DNA of 63,235 bases, the filler included, from Stramenopiles sp. TOSAG23-3 (lineage: Eukaryota): the NCBI GenBank assembly GCA_900128585.1. It is 8 parts of 8 records of this genome, joined end to end, with 100 filler letters (N's around TTAATTAATTAA, not from the genome) between each part and the next. Parts side by side here need not be neighbours in the genome. Positions count along the whole stretch, not along the records: positions 30,044 to 39,939 come from LT642871.1; positions 40,040 to 49,934 come from LT642872.1; 6 more parts are not named here. One strand, written 5' to 3'. The position numbers were made by a program, and so were the translations under genes. The notes beneath the pieces are model-generated. The model worked only from the letters and a program-made list of their open reading frames with translations. It was not told the DNA's origin and did not search any database. This document shows, in pieces, positions 31,117-42,210 of the stretch (the stretch's first letter is position 1; each line of letters begins with the position of its first letter).

Positions 31117-32547
31117 TTAGTGCAAATTTTTTTTTTCTTCTGGTATAATCTTAAACGGTGACGGGCGCTTCGAACGACGGAAATGACGACAACACCAAAA
31201 ACAGTCTCCATAGAACACAGCGCCATAGTGAAACGACAACCAGATCAGGCAAACCATCATTAATTGCATGAGTATGCCCCAAGCCTTATTAAGATCGAGG
31301 ATCAAGATCCTCATCTCCATATATTCCATCGTGTCCAAACTCAGTGCACCTATATACGTCATCAGACAAACATTGAGAACGATTATGAAACCGAGAAAAC
31401 CTTCGCAAAAAGTTATGTGCGGCGCATCTTCGATTACAAAACATCTTTTTGTGCTGCAACGGCGTCGGCACCCTCCCGATACACAGGTGAGCCAGTCCGA
31501 GACCTTCTTGCCACGAATGTTGACAAGTACCATGGTGCAAAAGAACAGAAAGGAAATTTCGGCCCCACCCAAGAACGACACTCTCCATTCGGTGTAATTG
31601 ATCGACTCGTCACCGAACGCCGCGTCGAGGTTGATCTCGTTCACGTTGCTTGGTACATCGGCAACAGCGATGCCCTTCACCATTGCGAGGCACGGTGGAC
31701 TGGTGTAGCATCCGTTACAGGAATTCACGTGCGCCATCGATTCGTTGTGGTGGGAAAGCCTGTACATGTCACATACCTTCTTCACGAGTCGGGGTTCAGC
31801 CCACGTTTTTTGCGCAACTTCCAAGACAAAGTAGTAAATTAACGGAAGTGTGCCCAGGTATTTTTTGCTAATATCTGACGCCATGTCTGTTAGACCGACC
31901 AACTGTTCAATTTTCGCTTGCTCTTGCTTCTGCATCGACAACCCATTGAATTTGCTCTGCCGACGGGCCATCACAGTTTCGTTGGGCGGGTCCACCTGTG
32001 TTTTGAGAAAATTTTCCATGGCCTTCACTCTCAGCGCAGCGGCGCCATATTGGAAACTGAAAAAGACGTTGATGGGGCTAACGATATCGACGGTTAATAT
32101 TGTTTGTAGGTCATGACGACCAGACAAACACTCTTTCCACCAAAATATATGGGCTAAGATCACTGCAAGAAGTTGTAGGAGTATGTCTTCGTGGGCCAGC
32201 AATAAAGCGAACACGAGGGCCGATGCCCACATGCTGAACACGAGACTAGCCATGAAGATATTTCTGGCGTCGGTGGTTCTGGTTTCGACTAAGACCCACG
32301 TAACCACATGTCCAATCACCACAACCCCAATCACAACCCACGCGGAATAATACTGGTGGTTCCATGTTGTCTCGACGTTCTTGAGCTTCTTTTTGAGCCT
32401 ATTCAGCTCCTCTTCGTCTGTCAACTGTGTTGTCTGCTCCTTCGTCCCGGCCGCCTCCTCATCGGACCCAGTGGCTATCATATCTCCAAGAATGCCACGT
32501 CCATCCTTACCGCTGCCCTCGTTCCCAAGTTGTAGCTGACTGGACAT
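31117..32547 (-). CDS. Multi-pass membrane protein of unknown function
   Basis: 476-aa ORF with several hydrophobic segments and a Cys-containing loop. Confidence 0.7.
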   Translation of the reverse strand: MSSQLQLGNEGSGKDGRGILGDMIATGSDEEAAGTKEQTTQLTDEEELNRLKKKLKNVETTWNHQYYSAWVVIGVVVIGHVVTWVLVETRTTDARNIFMASLVFSMWASALVFALLLAHEDILLQLLAVILAHIFWWKECLSGRHDLQTILTVDIVSPINVFFSFQYGAAALRVKAMENFLKTQVDPPNETVMARRQSKFNGLSMQKQEQAKIEQLVGLTDMASDISKKYLGTLPLIYYFVLEVAQKTWAEPRLVKKVCDMYRLSHHNESMAHVNSCNGCYTSPPCLAMVKGIAVADVPSNVNEINLDAAFGDESINYTEWRVSFLGGAEISFLFFCTMVLVNIRGKKVSDWLTCVSGGCRRRCSTKRCFVIEDAPHITFCEGFLGFIIVLNVCLMTYIGALSLDTMEYMEMRILILDLNKAWGILMQLMMVCLIWLSFHYGAVFYGDCFWCCRHFRRSKRPSPFKIIPEEKKNLH

Positions 32548-33210
32548 TTTATCACTTGAGAGTGCAACTTAGGTTTATCCAATGTCGTAAACCCTGGTTG
32601 CTCGCAAAAAATTATTGACTTTAAAACTAAAATGTGCTTTTATAAAGTAATACAGACATTTTTTTGTTTTTAAAAAGTAAATAACACTGAGATGATGCAG
32701 TAAAGAGTTTAACGCAAAAAAAAGATTGAGATTCGATCGATTTTTTTTTTTGAATTGATTGAAGAGTGCTGCGAAGACGACGTGAGAAGAGGACAAATGT
32801 AGAACAGGCACTAGTAGGCTAGTTACTAGTTAATAATATTTTGTATTGTACTTATAATATTAACCGGTTTTGTGTCCAGAGGGGTGTGTATGTGTGTGAA
32901 GTACACAACAAAACAAGAAATTATAAAAAATCAAATTAAAACATCAAGATAGGATTAGGGTTGGATTTGAAATAGTAATTGATTTAAAATGAGAGTCTTC
33001 AGCTCTTCCGATAGTTGTGGTCGGACCTCGTACATTACATTTCAAACGTATTTTATGACAGAAGAGAGAGAGGGAGAGATGTGAAATTTGTGATTGATGT
33101 TCATCCCCGTTTGTCTTTCATTGTTCTGTTCTGTTTTGGGCAATCGTCGTCTGACCTTTCCGGCCCGTCCATTCCACCGTGTGCGTTGCATGATACCTAC
33201 TTAGTGCGCG

Positions 33211-34815
33211 ATGGAAGGCTTTGCCCCGTCCACCCCGATGAGCGCCTCGGTCACCCTTGGCGCCGCCGCCGGGGTCGCCTCTCCGTCCAGGGCAAGAATC
33301 AAGCGGAAAAAGAAGAAGCGGAAGAGCAAGGTTCAAGAAGCGTGGAACTTTTCGAAGACGGGGCCCTTTGAGAAATTTTCGACGTTGCCCCCGTTGTGCG
33401 ACACGAAGGGTTTTGCGCGGTCGGCCCTGATGAAACGAAAGCTCCACGCGCTCTGCCGCCTGTTTCGGTGCGTCCCCGGAGATTCGGGGGACGACAAGGT
33501 GGAGGCAGACGCGAAGCGGCACACCTTAATGGAGGTCATAGAATTTGCGTTCGCGGAGTCCCATTTCTTTTCGGGGCCGAACACCGCGGCCTTGGTGCGC
33601 ATGGTCGCCGCAAACCTGTTTCGAACGGACCGAACTGCGTACCAGAGCAACCGGAACGCCAGCCTGAGCCACGGGAGCAGCCACCACCCCCACACGAACT
33701 CGGGGGCGCACGGCACGGACGATTTGAACGACGGCGCGGGGTTCAGCCGGGCCGGGGGGCTGTTTCAGAACAAGCTTGGGGAGTCTTCGGCGTCTTGGGG
33801 CGGGGGCGGCGGCATGGAAGCCCACCACGGGACCAACGGCGCCGCCGACATCCTGTGCAAGTGGTGGGCGCACCAGCAAATAGTCTACGAAATCCTCCTC
33901 CGGTTCATCGTGTCGCCCCACGTGGTCAGCAAAGTAGCAAAGCGGCACCTTCCGCGCCGCTTTGTCCGCGAACTAGTCGGGCTGATCCGGTCCGGGGACC
34001 CGCGCGAACGAAGTTACGTGAAGACCATCATTCACCGGCTGTACGAGAAGGCGGTGGTGCTCCGGTCGTTCGTCCGACGGTGCATAGAGCACGAGTTTTT
34101 GACGTTCATGGACTTGGAGCGCACCGCGGCGGCCAACCCCGCGTACCCTGGGCTGAACGACCTGTTGGAAATTTACTGCAGCATAATAGACGGCTACTGC
34201 GTTCCCCTTCGCGCCGAGAACATGGTTTTGCTAGACCGCATCTTGCTCCCCCTGCACAAGGTCCGCTCGTACCCCGCCATTTCGTCCCACGTGGCCGCGT
34301 GCTTGAAGGGTTACCTCGAGAAGGACCCCAGCGTCGCCGTGAAGTGGGCGAAGGCCTTGGCAAAGTGGTGGCCGAGGAGGGACAGTACGAAAACCCCGTG
34401 TTTCTTTCAAGAGCTGAACGCGCTGATGGAGCTTATCCCCCCCGGTCAGTTCAACCTCGTCGCCCAAGACGTCTTCGCCACCCTAAGCGCGTGCATGCTC
34501 GATCCGCATTTTCAAGTCGCGGAGCAGGCTTTGTTGTGTTGGCGGAGCGAGTACTTTGTCAGCCTGGTGGCGCAGCACCGCAGCGCCGTGCTCCCCCTCG
34601 TTTACCCGGCCCTTCACGAGAATGCGAAATCTCACTGGCACCCCCTCGTAAAATCGTTGAGTTCAAATGTCCTGCGCCTGTTTTCCGAAATAGACCCATA
34701 CCTGCTCCGAAAGTGCGGGGAAGAGTGGAAACGGGAGAGGAAGAACCGGAAAACTGTGGAACACGAGCGGAAGAAGAGGTGGGAGGATATCTCGATAAAA
34801 TTACAAAAAAATTAA
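33211..34815 (+). CDS. PP2A regulatory subunit B' (B56 family), divergent
   Basis: MVAANLFR, WAHQQIVYEILLRF, SGDPRERSYVKTIIHRLY, LLPLHKV, EKDP, HFQVAEQAL and HWH. Confidence 0.9.
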   Translation: MEGFAPSTPMSASVTLGAAAGVASPSRARIKRKKKKRKSKVQEAWNFSKTGPFEKFSTLPPLCDTKGFARSALMKRKLHALCRLFRCVPGDSGDDKVEADAKRHTLMEVIEFAFAESHFFSGPNTAALVRMVAANLFRTDRTAYQSNRNASLSHGSSHHPHTNSGAHGTDDLNDGAGFSRAGGLFQNKLGESSASWGGGGGMEAHHGTNGAADILCKWWAHQQIVYEILLRFIVSPHVVSKVAKRHLPRRFVRELVGLIRSGDPRERSYVKTIIHRLYEKAVVLRSFVRRCIEHEFLTFMDLERTAAANPAYPGLNDLLEIYCSIIDGYCVPLRAENMVLLDRILLPLHKVRSYPAISSHVAACLKGYLEKDPSVAVKWAKALAKWWPRRDSTKTPCFFQELNALMELIPPGQFNLVAQDVFATLSACMLDPHFQVAEQALLCWRSEYFVSLVAQHRSAVLPLVYPALHENAKSHWHPLVKSLSSNVLRLFSEIDPYLLRKCGEEWKRERKNRKTVEHERKKRWEDISIKLQKN

Positions 34816-35139
34816 AATTAAGTTTTATGGTAAAATTTAGAACGTTAAGAAAAAAACCTGTACTTAATTCAAAGTTTATAAAAATTTCAAGAGTGTTGGT
34901 CGTAAGTTCTAAGAAGTAAGTTAATCCGAATTGATAAAGGTGTGCTCCTCTTACTCTTTATAGATTTGCTTGTTGAATTCCTGTTTACGGTAAATAAATA
35001 GCCAATGCAGCGCAGCGGAGATGATAAATGTGAACGTGGCCATAAACCCCCCTACTGTTTTTTTTGATATAATATTATTGTGTTCGCCTAATTCTTCTTA
35101 TTATTTTTTAAACCATCACACACCATCGGAAAAAGCATC

Positions 35140-35142
35140 TCT

Positions 35143-35188
<46 letters not shown>

Positions 35189-35251
35189 GTTCTTCTTCTT
35201 GATCTTCTTCTTCTTCTTCTTTCTCTTCTTCTTCTTCTTCTTCTTCTTCTT

Positions 35252-35281
<30 letters not shown>
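35140..35281. repeat. (CTT)n imperfect microsatellite
   Basis: Trinucleotide array. Similar GAA/CTT tracts lie near 13030-13153, 39850-39939 and 47913-48010. Confidence 0.9.
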
Positions 35282-35282
<1 letters not shown>

Positions 35283-35668
35283 TTATTTGAGAAAATGGAG
35301 AGAAGAAAACCAATGCTATTGTTATATATTTAATAATTTAAAATAATAAAAATATTGTGATGATGATGAAGAAAAAAAAAAAGAAAAAAATATTTAAACC
35401 AACCAACACACAACACAGTCTCCTCCTGTTTTATGATCCGATCCACCACCTCCCATCTTTTCTTCTTCGCATTCCTTTTTTTCTTCTTCCATCGAACAAC
35501 AATTTAATAGATCCGGAACAAACATATTACATTATTAGAGAGAGAGAGTGGACGACGACTATATGGTTTAGAAGTCTTTCTATAAGGTTTAATAAGACAT
35601 ACTACCAACCTTTTAATTTTTGTTTCTGCGAGCAAAATTTATATTGAAGATATTAATTTTCTATAAAG

Positions 35669-36088
35669 ATGTGCAAAGGAAAGCCAACCCTTCGGGGAGT
35701 AGTGACCGGCATGGTAACTCCATGGATTTTGGCAGGGAGTGCATTCATATTTGGCGGGCTGGGGCTAATCGATCCTGGGCCGGGAGATTTTTCCAAGATG
35801 GTCAATTTTTGGTCTGGTGTTGTTGGATTTCAGATACCAATGATTGCCCTTACTGTGCTCGGGGCGTGCAAAGTTCTTTGCATAACTTCGTTGTACGGAT
35901 TCCTGGGGAAAGAAGTCAGGACTGTTGCGAACCTTCTCGCCCTGGCTCCGTGCACCGGAGCGTATTACATGCACGGCCAGTGGGGCGAGCCCATCGTGCC
36001 ACCGATTATTATGGGCTCCTTGTTTCTAGGTTTACTAGTTATGCCAGATGGGCCATTATGGGACTCCTCCTCCGCCAAAAAGGACTGA
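35669..36088 (+). CDS. Small membrane protein, DoxX-like
   Basis: 139 aa with about 4 hydrophobic segments, LGACKVL and GAYYMH...EPIVPP motifs. Confidence 0.5.
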   Translation: MCKGKPTLRGVVTGMVTPWILAGSAFIFGGLGLIDPGPGDFSKMVNFWSGVVGFQIPMIALTVLGACKVLCITSLYGFLGKEVRTVANLLALAPCTGAYYMHGQWGEPIVPPIIMGSLFLGLLVMPDGPLWDSSSAKKD

Positions 36089-36295
36089 ATCGATTGCATT
36101 AGCCCCCAAAGCATGGAAGAGGAGACCATGGAGCGAGAGAATATTTCTTAACGACCCGAGTCGAAAAGACGAGTAATAAAAAACGTTTTTGTATTTGATA
36201 AAATTATTGATGATAAGAAAAAATAAATCTTCGATCGTCGTCTGCGATGTGATACGAAAGAACATTGTAACAACTCTTTTATTGATAAAATCCTC

Positions 36296-37711
36296 TCAGC
36301 TGACCTTTAAGTTGCCAAAGTCTGACGACAGGGACGGTGGGTGATAGTAGAAACATCTATTCCTTCCTTCAAAGTCCAGCACTTTTTCCTTCACTTTCCC
36401 CCCGGGTGCAATGTTCAAAATGTATTCGCAATAATCTTCGTACGATCGTACCTCGCCACCATCGGGCTTTCGCCGATGTGGAAACTGCGATGGAAACACA
36501 CAGCAAGGGACAATGGCCCAGGGCTTTTGCTCACGTATTGCCACCTTCATGATCGGGTCCGTTGCCCCGTCCGGGTGCATGCCTACTATAATGGTACACT
36601 GCTCTAACAGCTCGGCTTCCTCCTCGTTCGAACTGTCCGTTCCGAAACTTTCATAAAACCAACCTTGCCGCTGCTTCAACTTCTTTGCGGGGTACCGAGT
36701 CTTTACAAGAAAGCGAGCCAGCGGGGAAAAGTGGATTGCGGGAGAAAGGCGCCTTTGTGACTCCTTACGGAACCGAAGAAGCTTTTCCTGCTTCGTCGTG
36801 ATCCGTACGGGCCGAGGGTCGATCACGACGGACGCGATCCCGCGGCGCACGCCGAGCTCGAACGACACTTCGCCTTTTCCCCCGGCAACGTCCAAGACCC
36901 CGACCTCTGTGCTGTTCAGCACGTCGTACCCAAACTCGTCTACCAAGAAGTTAACGAACTTTGCCGCCCGCCTGTCCTTCTTCAGTCGCTTCCATCCCTT
37001 GTTTTTCAATTTGGGGGCGGGAGGCGTGCCCACACTGGCTTTTGCCCTGAGCTCGGCGGGGACAGACGGCTTCCCCACTGTAGTGCTGGTCTCGTCAACG
37101 ACCGAAGAGGCGGACAAGTGCATCACCGGCGTCTTGGCCCTGTCCGGCCGTCGTTTCCAGCCCTTCGGGTTCGCCTTGGGGGCAGGCGGCGTGTCCGCCT
37201 TGGCTTTGGCCTTGGGCTCCGAGGGGACAAATATTTTCTCTATGGTAGTCCCGGCCTCGTCAACGATCGAATAGGCCTCCAAGTGTATCACTGGCGTCTT
37301 GGCCCCGTCCCGTAATATTTCTACACTGCCGCGGACCGTCAACGCCCGCGCGCCCTCGGCCACTTGAAGGTCCTCCTTTAGTATTTTCTTAAAGTCCCCT
37401 GACACGGACTTCCCTTTTACCAAGACGTCAATATACTTAATATTCTGTACAATCCCTTGACACTTCAATGTTATCATAAAAAACGTGTTCGATAGCTCTA
37501 CATGAAACGCACAGTCCCCCTGCACGGTTACCACCGTCCCCTCGTGTTTTCCCTCCGGAAGCCTTCGAGCCTCATCGAACACGTTCCCAACACCATCATC
37601 TCGAACTTTCCGAGTAACAAAGTTCATCCTCAAACACACACGCTGCACAAATCCAACAGGGGCGTCCACTGCTCTTACGTACGAAGTATCTGAAGATCTC
37701 TGTGCGTACAT
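36296..37711 (-). CDS. SAM-dependent methyltransferase-like protein with an internal 55-aa tandem duplication
   Basis: VLDVAGGKGEVSFEL, IDPR and GMHPDGATD...PWAIVPCCVFP. The duplication has a 165-bp period at 36986-37303. Confidence 0.75.
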   Translation of the reverse strand: MYAQRSSDTSYVRAVDAPVGFVQRVCLRMNFVTRKVRDDGVGNVFDEARRLPEGKHEGTVVTVQGDCAFHVELSNTFFMITLKCQGIVQNIKYIDVLVKGKSVSGDFKKILKEDLQVAEGARALTVRGSVEILRDGAKTPVIHLEAYSIVDEAGTTIEKIFVPSEPKAKAKADTPPAPKANPKGWKRRPDRAKTPVMHLSASSVVDETSTTVGKPSVPAELRAKASVGTPPAPKLKNKGWKRLKKDRRAAKFVNFLVDEFGYDVLNSTEVGVLDVAGGKGEVSFELGVRRGIASVVIDPRPVRITTKQEKLLRFRKESQRRLSPAIHFSPLARFLVKTRYPAKKLKQRQGWFYESFGTDSSNEEEAELLEQCTIIVGMHPDGATDPIMKVAIREQKPWAIVPCCVFPSQFPHRRKPDGGEVRSYEDYCEYILNIAPGGKVKEKVLDFEGRNRCFYYHPPSLSSDFGNLKVS

Positions 37712-38099
37712 ACATTTATGTACAATCCTTCATTTTTTGTTTTTAAATCTCTATCACCAAATTCAAAACTCAAAACTCAAAACCTAACTACTAAAAAAAG
37801 GAGGAGGTAGTAGGAGGGAGAGGACAATTTTATTAAATATCATCATGGTGTGTGGTATTATAATTCCAATATTTAATAATAGTGAATAGTAGTGTAGTTC
37901 GAATTATTATTTATTAATAATAAGATGATATAGAAGAAGAGGTTATTATTTTTTATTATTATTATTACTCTCTTCTTATTACTCTTCTTCTTCTTCTTCT
38001 TCTTAGGTTTTTTATTCGAGAGAGACTATAACTTAACAAACTAGATACATTTTATCAATTTATCAGATGACCTTCCCCCTCCTTGGTTTCTCTTCTTCC

Positions 38100-39617
38100 T
38101 CAAGTTTCACTTTTGATAATCCAAAATCCAAACAGCGACAGCAAAACGATCGCCGCCTGGCTGCCCATGTAAACGAGTTTGAACGTATCCGATTGGTTGT
38201 CGCTCGAACAGCTGTCGCCGCCACCGTTTGAAAACAATACGGGAAGAAAAAATGCGATCGCGCTGGCAATGTTCTGCAAAAATTGAAACGCTGTGAAAGC
38301 CCCCGCTGTACCCCTGCTGTGGAAAAGATCGCCCAGCTTTGTAAGGACGATCACGTTGAAAGTGCAATCGGCGACGCCGAACAAGGCGCCAGCCACGTAC
38401 GCCAATATAGATACGCCCTTGAACGTCCCCAGGGCGCGCGGGTCTTGGTGGAGCTGCCACACGATGGACAAGGCAACGAGGAAAAGAAAACTGCCCACGG
38501 TGAGCGTCAAACGCTTTCCGATGATCGACGATACCTTTCCCACGGTGTAGCTCGACACCACCTCTGCGATTGCCCAGACCACAAACACCAAGCTTATGGC
38601 AGCTTTCTGGTCCTTCCCAGGAGCAAAAATGATCGGAAATTCCCCAGAAACGAACGCGAGCTCGTAGCCCGTCAAAAACAGCAACGGGGACAGGCAGAGA
38701 AACTCCATCTTCTTCGCAGAGATCTCCGCCCACTCCTTCTTGAACTCCTCCACCGGCGCAAACGAGTTCGGCGAATCATCCAATATTGTTGAGCTCTCGT
38801 CCGTCTCGTACCCGTCCATCCGGTTCACTTCGATGCTCCCCGCTGTGGCTCTGGCCTGAGAACGAAGCAGACTGGCCTGCTCGTCGGCCTCCCAGCTCGC
38901 ATCCTTCACCAACGGGGTCAGGCAGAAGAACACCAAGGACGCAAAAACGCTCAGGGCAAGGCCGACGGCGTAAAGACCAGAGTTGTCATCGCCCCCTATG
39001 CTGTTCAGTACAAAGTAAGCCCCACCGTTCCCCATCACGCCGCTGCACTGGTATATGCTCCAAAACGTCCCGGCCAGCACACTACGGTTGGTAGAATCGC
39101 CGAAACTTGTCAAATAAGACCCTTGGGCGACCCACAAGATCGCCGCACCGAACCCAATCACTACGGACGCGCCAAGGACCAACCACTGGTTGTCCGCCCT
39201 CGTCAGCGACGCGATCCAAACGGCATAGCACAGGGATCCCAAGACCAGGGTGTAACGATCCCCGAGCTTTTTGCATATGGACGGGGCCAGCATGAGCGAG
39301 GGGCACACGGATACGTAGAGGACGCAGAGCGACGTGAATCCGAGGCACCCGGGCAGCAAGGACGTGACGTAGTTCTGGATAGTGTTGTACGCGGCGAACA
39401 GAAAGAAAAACCCGACGGCGAGGTGGACAACTTTCTGCATTCCCAGCTTTCTCCGCCGCTGAAGTTTGCTCACGTGCTCGTGGAAATCACCAGACTCGTC
39501 TAAATTATCAAGACTGTCGAACCGTATTTCGTTGCGAAGCGCCTGACCATTTTCAGACGCAAAGTAAGTCTCGTTCAACTCCCCAGGCGTCGCCATTACG
39601 TTCGTCCCATAGTCCAT
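38100..39617 (-). CDS. UNC-93-like MFS membrane protein
   Basis: GFFFLFAAYNTIQN, IGFGAAILWVAQGSYLT and G.FWSIYQ, with about 12 hydrophobic segments. The first ATG is at 39617. Confidence 0.85.
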   Translation of the reverse strand: MDYGTNVMATPGELNETYFASENGQALRNEIRFDSLDNLDESGDFHEHVSKLQRRRKLGMQKVVHLAVGFFFLFAAYNTIQNYVTSLLPGCLGFTSLCVLYVSVCPSLMLAPSICKKLGDRYTLVLGSLCYAVWIASLTRADNQWLVLGASVVIGFGAAILWVAQGSYLTSFGDSTNRSVLAGTFWSIYQCSGVMGNGGAYFVLNSIGGDDNSGLYAVGLALSVFASLVFFCLTPLVKDASWEADEQASLLRSQARATAGSIEVNRMDGYETDESSTILDDSPNSFAPVEEFKKEWAEISAKKMEFLCLSPLLFLTGYELAFVSGEFPIIFAPGKDQKAAISLVFVVWAIAEVVSSYTVGKVSSIIGKRLTLTVGSFLFLVALSIVWQLHQDPRALGTFKGVSILAYVAGALFGVADCTFNVIVLTKLGDLFHSRGTAGAFTAFQFLQNIASAIAFFLPVLFSNGGGDSCSSDNQSDTFKLVYMGSQAAIVLLSLFGFWIIKSET

Positions 39618-39939
39618 GCCAAATAGAACCAGGACCAAAACTATTCGACTCGAAAAATGGGATAGCGGTCTTTTTTTTAATGAATGAATAAATATCTTTT
39701 CGCTTACTTTGTAATTAATTTTCTACATTTTAAAGGTATTACATATTTAAAGGTGTTGTAACAATCGCAGAAAGGCCGGCAGAAAACGTGTGCCATCATC
39801 AATTTAATTCTAAAAAATACTACAACAACAATCATCATCGAATAATATAAGAAGAAGAAGAAGAAGAAGAGAGAAGAAGAAGAAGAAGAAGAAGAAGAAG
39901 AAGAAGAAGAAGAAGAAGAAGAAGAAGAAGAAGAAGAAG

Positions 39940-40039
39940 NNNNNNNNNNNNNNNNNNNNNNNNNNNNNNNNNNNNNNNNNNNNTTAATTAATTAANNNNN
40001 NNNNNNNNNNNNNNNNNNNNNNNNNNNNNNNNNNNNNNN
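39940..40039. other. Artificial contig spacer
   Basis: N44-TTAATTAATTAA-N44. Confidence 0.98.
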
Positions 40040-40775
40040 GGGTAACCAAGCATGTGAACAAACAAAAGTTTCGCGACATTCCGGTGGCGCAGGTTGGACT
40101 TTTCGTCCTTAAACGCCGCTGCTCCCAGACTTGTTCCAGCAACTGGACACTCCACTCGCTTGCCTTCAAAATAATCACGCCAGCATTCAAAAAATATGTC
40201 TGGTCTTCGGCAATGATGAGGTCGCGCCCCATGCTTTTCTGTACAATGTGCTCCAATGTTATGGATGTACTGTTCAAAAATATCGCATCTGCATCGACCC
40301 AGACCAAGTATCGAATGTCGCTTTGTTGCCCGTGCGCCTTCAAAAGCTTCAGCAGAAGCTTTATTTTGAACCACGTGCAATTTGTTCGCGGTGCTACTTC
40401 CTCCATCATGTCTTTGTACGACATGACAGCTTCCAAAAACCCATACCCACGGCCCTTGCAATACGTTTTGTTAATCGCCGCACAGAGCTCTCCAATTGTG
40501 TAGTTTGGCGTGTACGCCGTGACAACTTGAAAATTGTTTGGTAGCAAACGTTCTTCCACCCCACTTTTGGCGACCTGTGCTTGCATTGCTTTGTTCTGCC
40601 AATACAGATCTTTTTGCCCCGTGATAAACTTTCTGTCCTTTCTGTTCAGCTGCCTACCCAACTGCTCAGCAATTTTGGTACTTAATTCGGCCCAAGAAAT
40701 ATTTTCATTGTTCGCAAGCATGTCTTTCACTTGCAACGCAATTTCATCCTTATCCCCCGCGGCCAAAGTCGCCAT
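40040..40775 (-). CDS. Glycosyltransferase family 34-like (GMA12/MNN10 type), 3'-truncated or disrupted
   Basis: INKTYCKGRGY, WFKI, YLVWVDADAIF (DxD) and LNAGVIILKASEWS..LLEQVW. The ORF runs into the contig end. Confidence 0.75.
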
Positions 40776-41457
40776 CGCCCCGCAACAGTTTTTCCTCCAC
40801 TGTTCAAATCTTTTAGATCGCAAAAGCCACTCTGTTTCCTATGCACCCATTCCTTAAATTTTCGGATAAACAACTCCTTCATAATAGGTTAAAAAATTCA
40901 TAAATTTAAACGTCGAAGTTCGTTTAATTTTCGTTAGTTTTTTTTGTCTTTTTTTGTTGCCTCTTCTTGTATTTTTTTATTCGGAGTCAGTCCGATCTCC
41001 ACATTATTCCCTTCCTGAGTAACGTACCATATGATGGAAGAACGCACACAGCAGACAGCAGGAGGGGAGGTGAAATCATCAGGATATAAAATAGGATTAT
41101 TTGATGAAAAAAAGAAGAAAAGAAGAAGCTGAGAGAGAGGAGAGAGGAGAGAAGAAGAAATAATAATAATAAGACGACAGACGTCGTAGTACTACGGTAC
41201 CGGTACCAATATATTAGGTAATAAAAAAATATAAAAAAATCTTATATCATATACTTACTTCATTTTTTTAAAAAAAATTTATTTAGATAAAGTTGTGTTT
41301 ACACAATGGAAAGATATTGTTGAAAAGAGAAAGAAAGGGAGAAAGTAAAAGTCTTTCAATAGTTTATGCGGTTGTGCTTCCATCATTTTTTGTTGTACCA
41401 TTTTAGTGCATAGCATAGAACATTGCTCCCTTTGTGATTCATTCGTAGCAAGTCGTA

Positions 41458-41910
41458 ATGTCTGCACTTGCCAATAATAGTGCAGTGGTTGGTGGGAGTG
41501 CGGACACCGTCGCCGATACTAACGTTTCTAGTGATTCAAAGGAAAGTGCGATCACAGAACCGAGGAAGGCAGTTATTCCCGGTTCCAAAGATGATATGCA
41601 GCAAAAGACTTCGGATTTTTTCAATAGTGTACTCGAGTTGGCGAAAGAGGAAACCTCCCAGACGTCTCAAGAGTTGGGTGTGCTGGAACAAATGAACAAT
41701 TTAGCTACGTCAGAGTATGCGCAAATCGAGGATACCGTAAAATCGTTGAGCTCCTTTCAGAAAGACGTAAAGAAGAAACAAGATTTGTTGGCTAGCTACA
41801 TAGACGAGATCGAAAAGCTTGATAAAACTACGTTAGAACTTGAACACGTTGTAGGAATCTTGGACGAGTACACGAAACGAATAGAAGCTAAGGCAAAGCC
41901 CTTCATGTAA
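41458..41910 (+). CDS. BLOC1S2: BLOC-1/BORC subunit 2-like (BLOS2)
   Basis: LGVLEQMNNLATSEY...LASYIDEIEKLDKTTLELEHVVGILDEYTKRIEAK matches the BLOS2 coiled-coil pattern. Confidence 0.75.
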   Translation: MSALANNSAVVGGSADTVADTNVSSDSKESAITEPRKAVIPGSKDDMQQKTSDFFNSVLELAKEETSQTSQELGVLEQMNNLATSEYAQIEDTVKSLSSFQKDVKKKQDLLASYIDEIEKLDKTTLELEHVVGILDEYTKRIEAKAKPFM

Positions 41911-42210
41911 GTTATTCAAGTATCTTATGCATAATGGCTTTGGCAGAACGCTAATGGCGGCGGCGAGGAGTGTCGCCCCCGAAGGAACGGGAACACTGCG
42001 AGTTTATCAATGTGTAGGGACGTGGTATTATAAAACCATTTGGTCTTTATAAATTTTTACAAATAATCTTTATCTTGCTCTATATTAAGTGTACTTTTTC
42101 TAAGGGTACACCTTGGAACTCTCTAGCGGATCTATCGTACTCTTCTTTGGGAGTATCAAATTCTAAATGTGTCGTCTGTTTTTCATATCATGTAAATTGG
42201 TTTAATCATC

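Noticed and set aside
35021-35313. Poly-Leu and poly-Arg ORFs (also near 47811-48176 and 59762-59953)
   Set aside because: These are translations of CTT/GAA/TTTG microsatellites.
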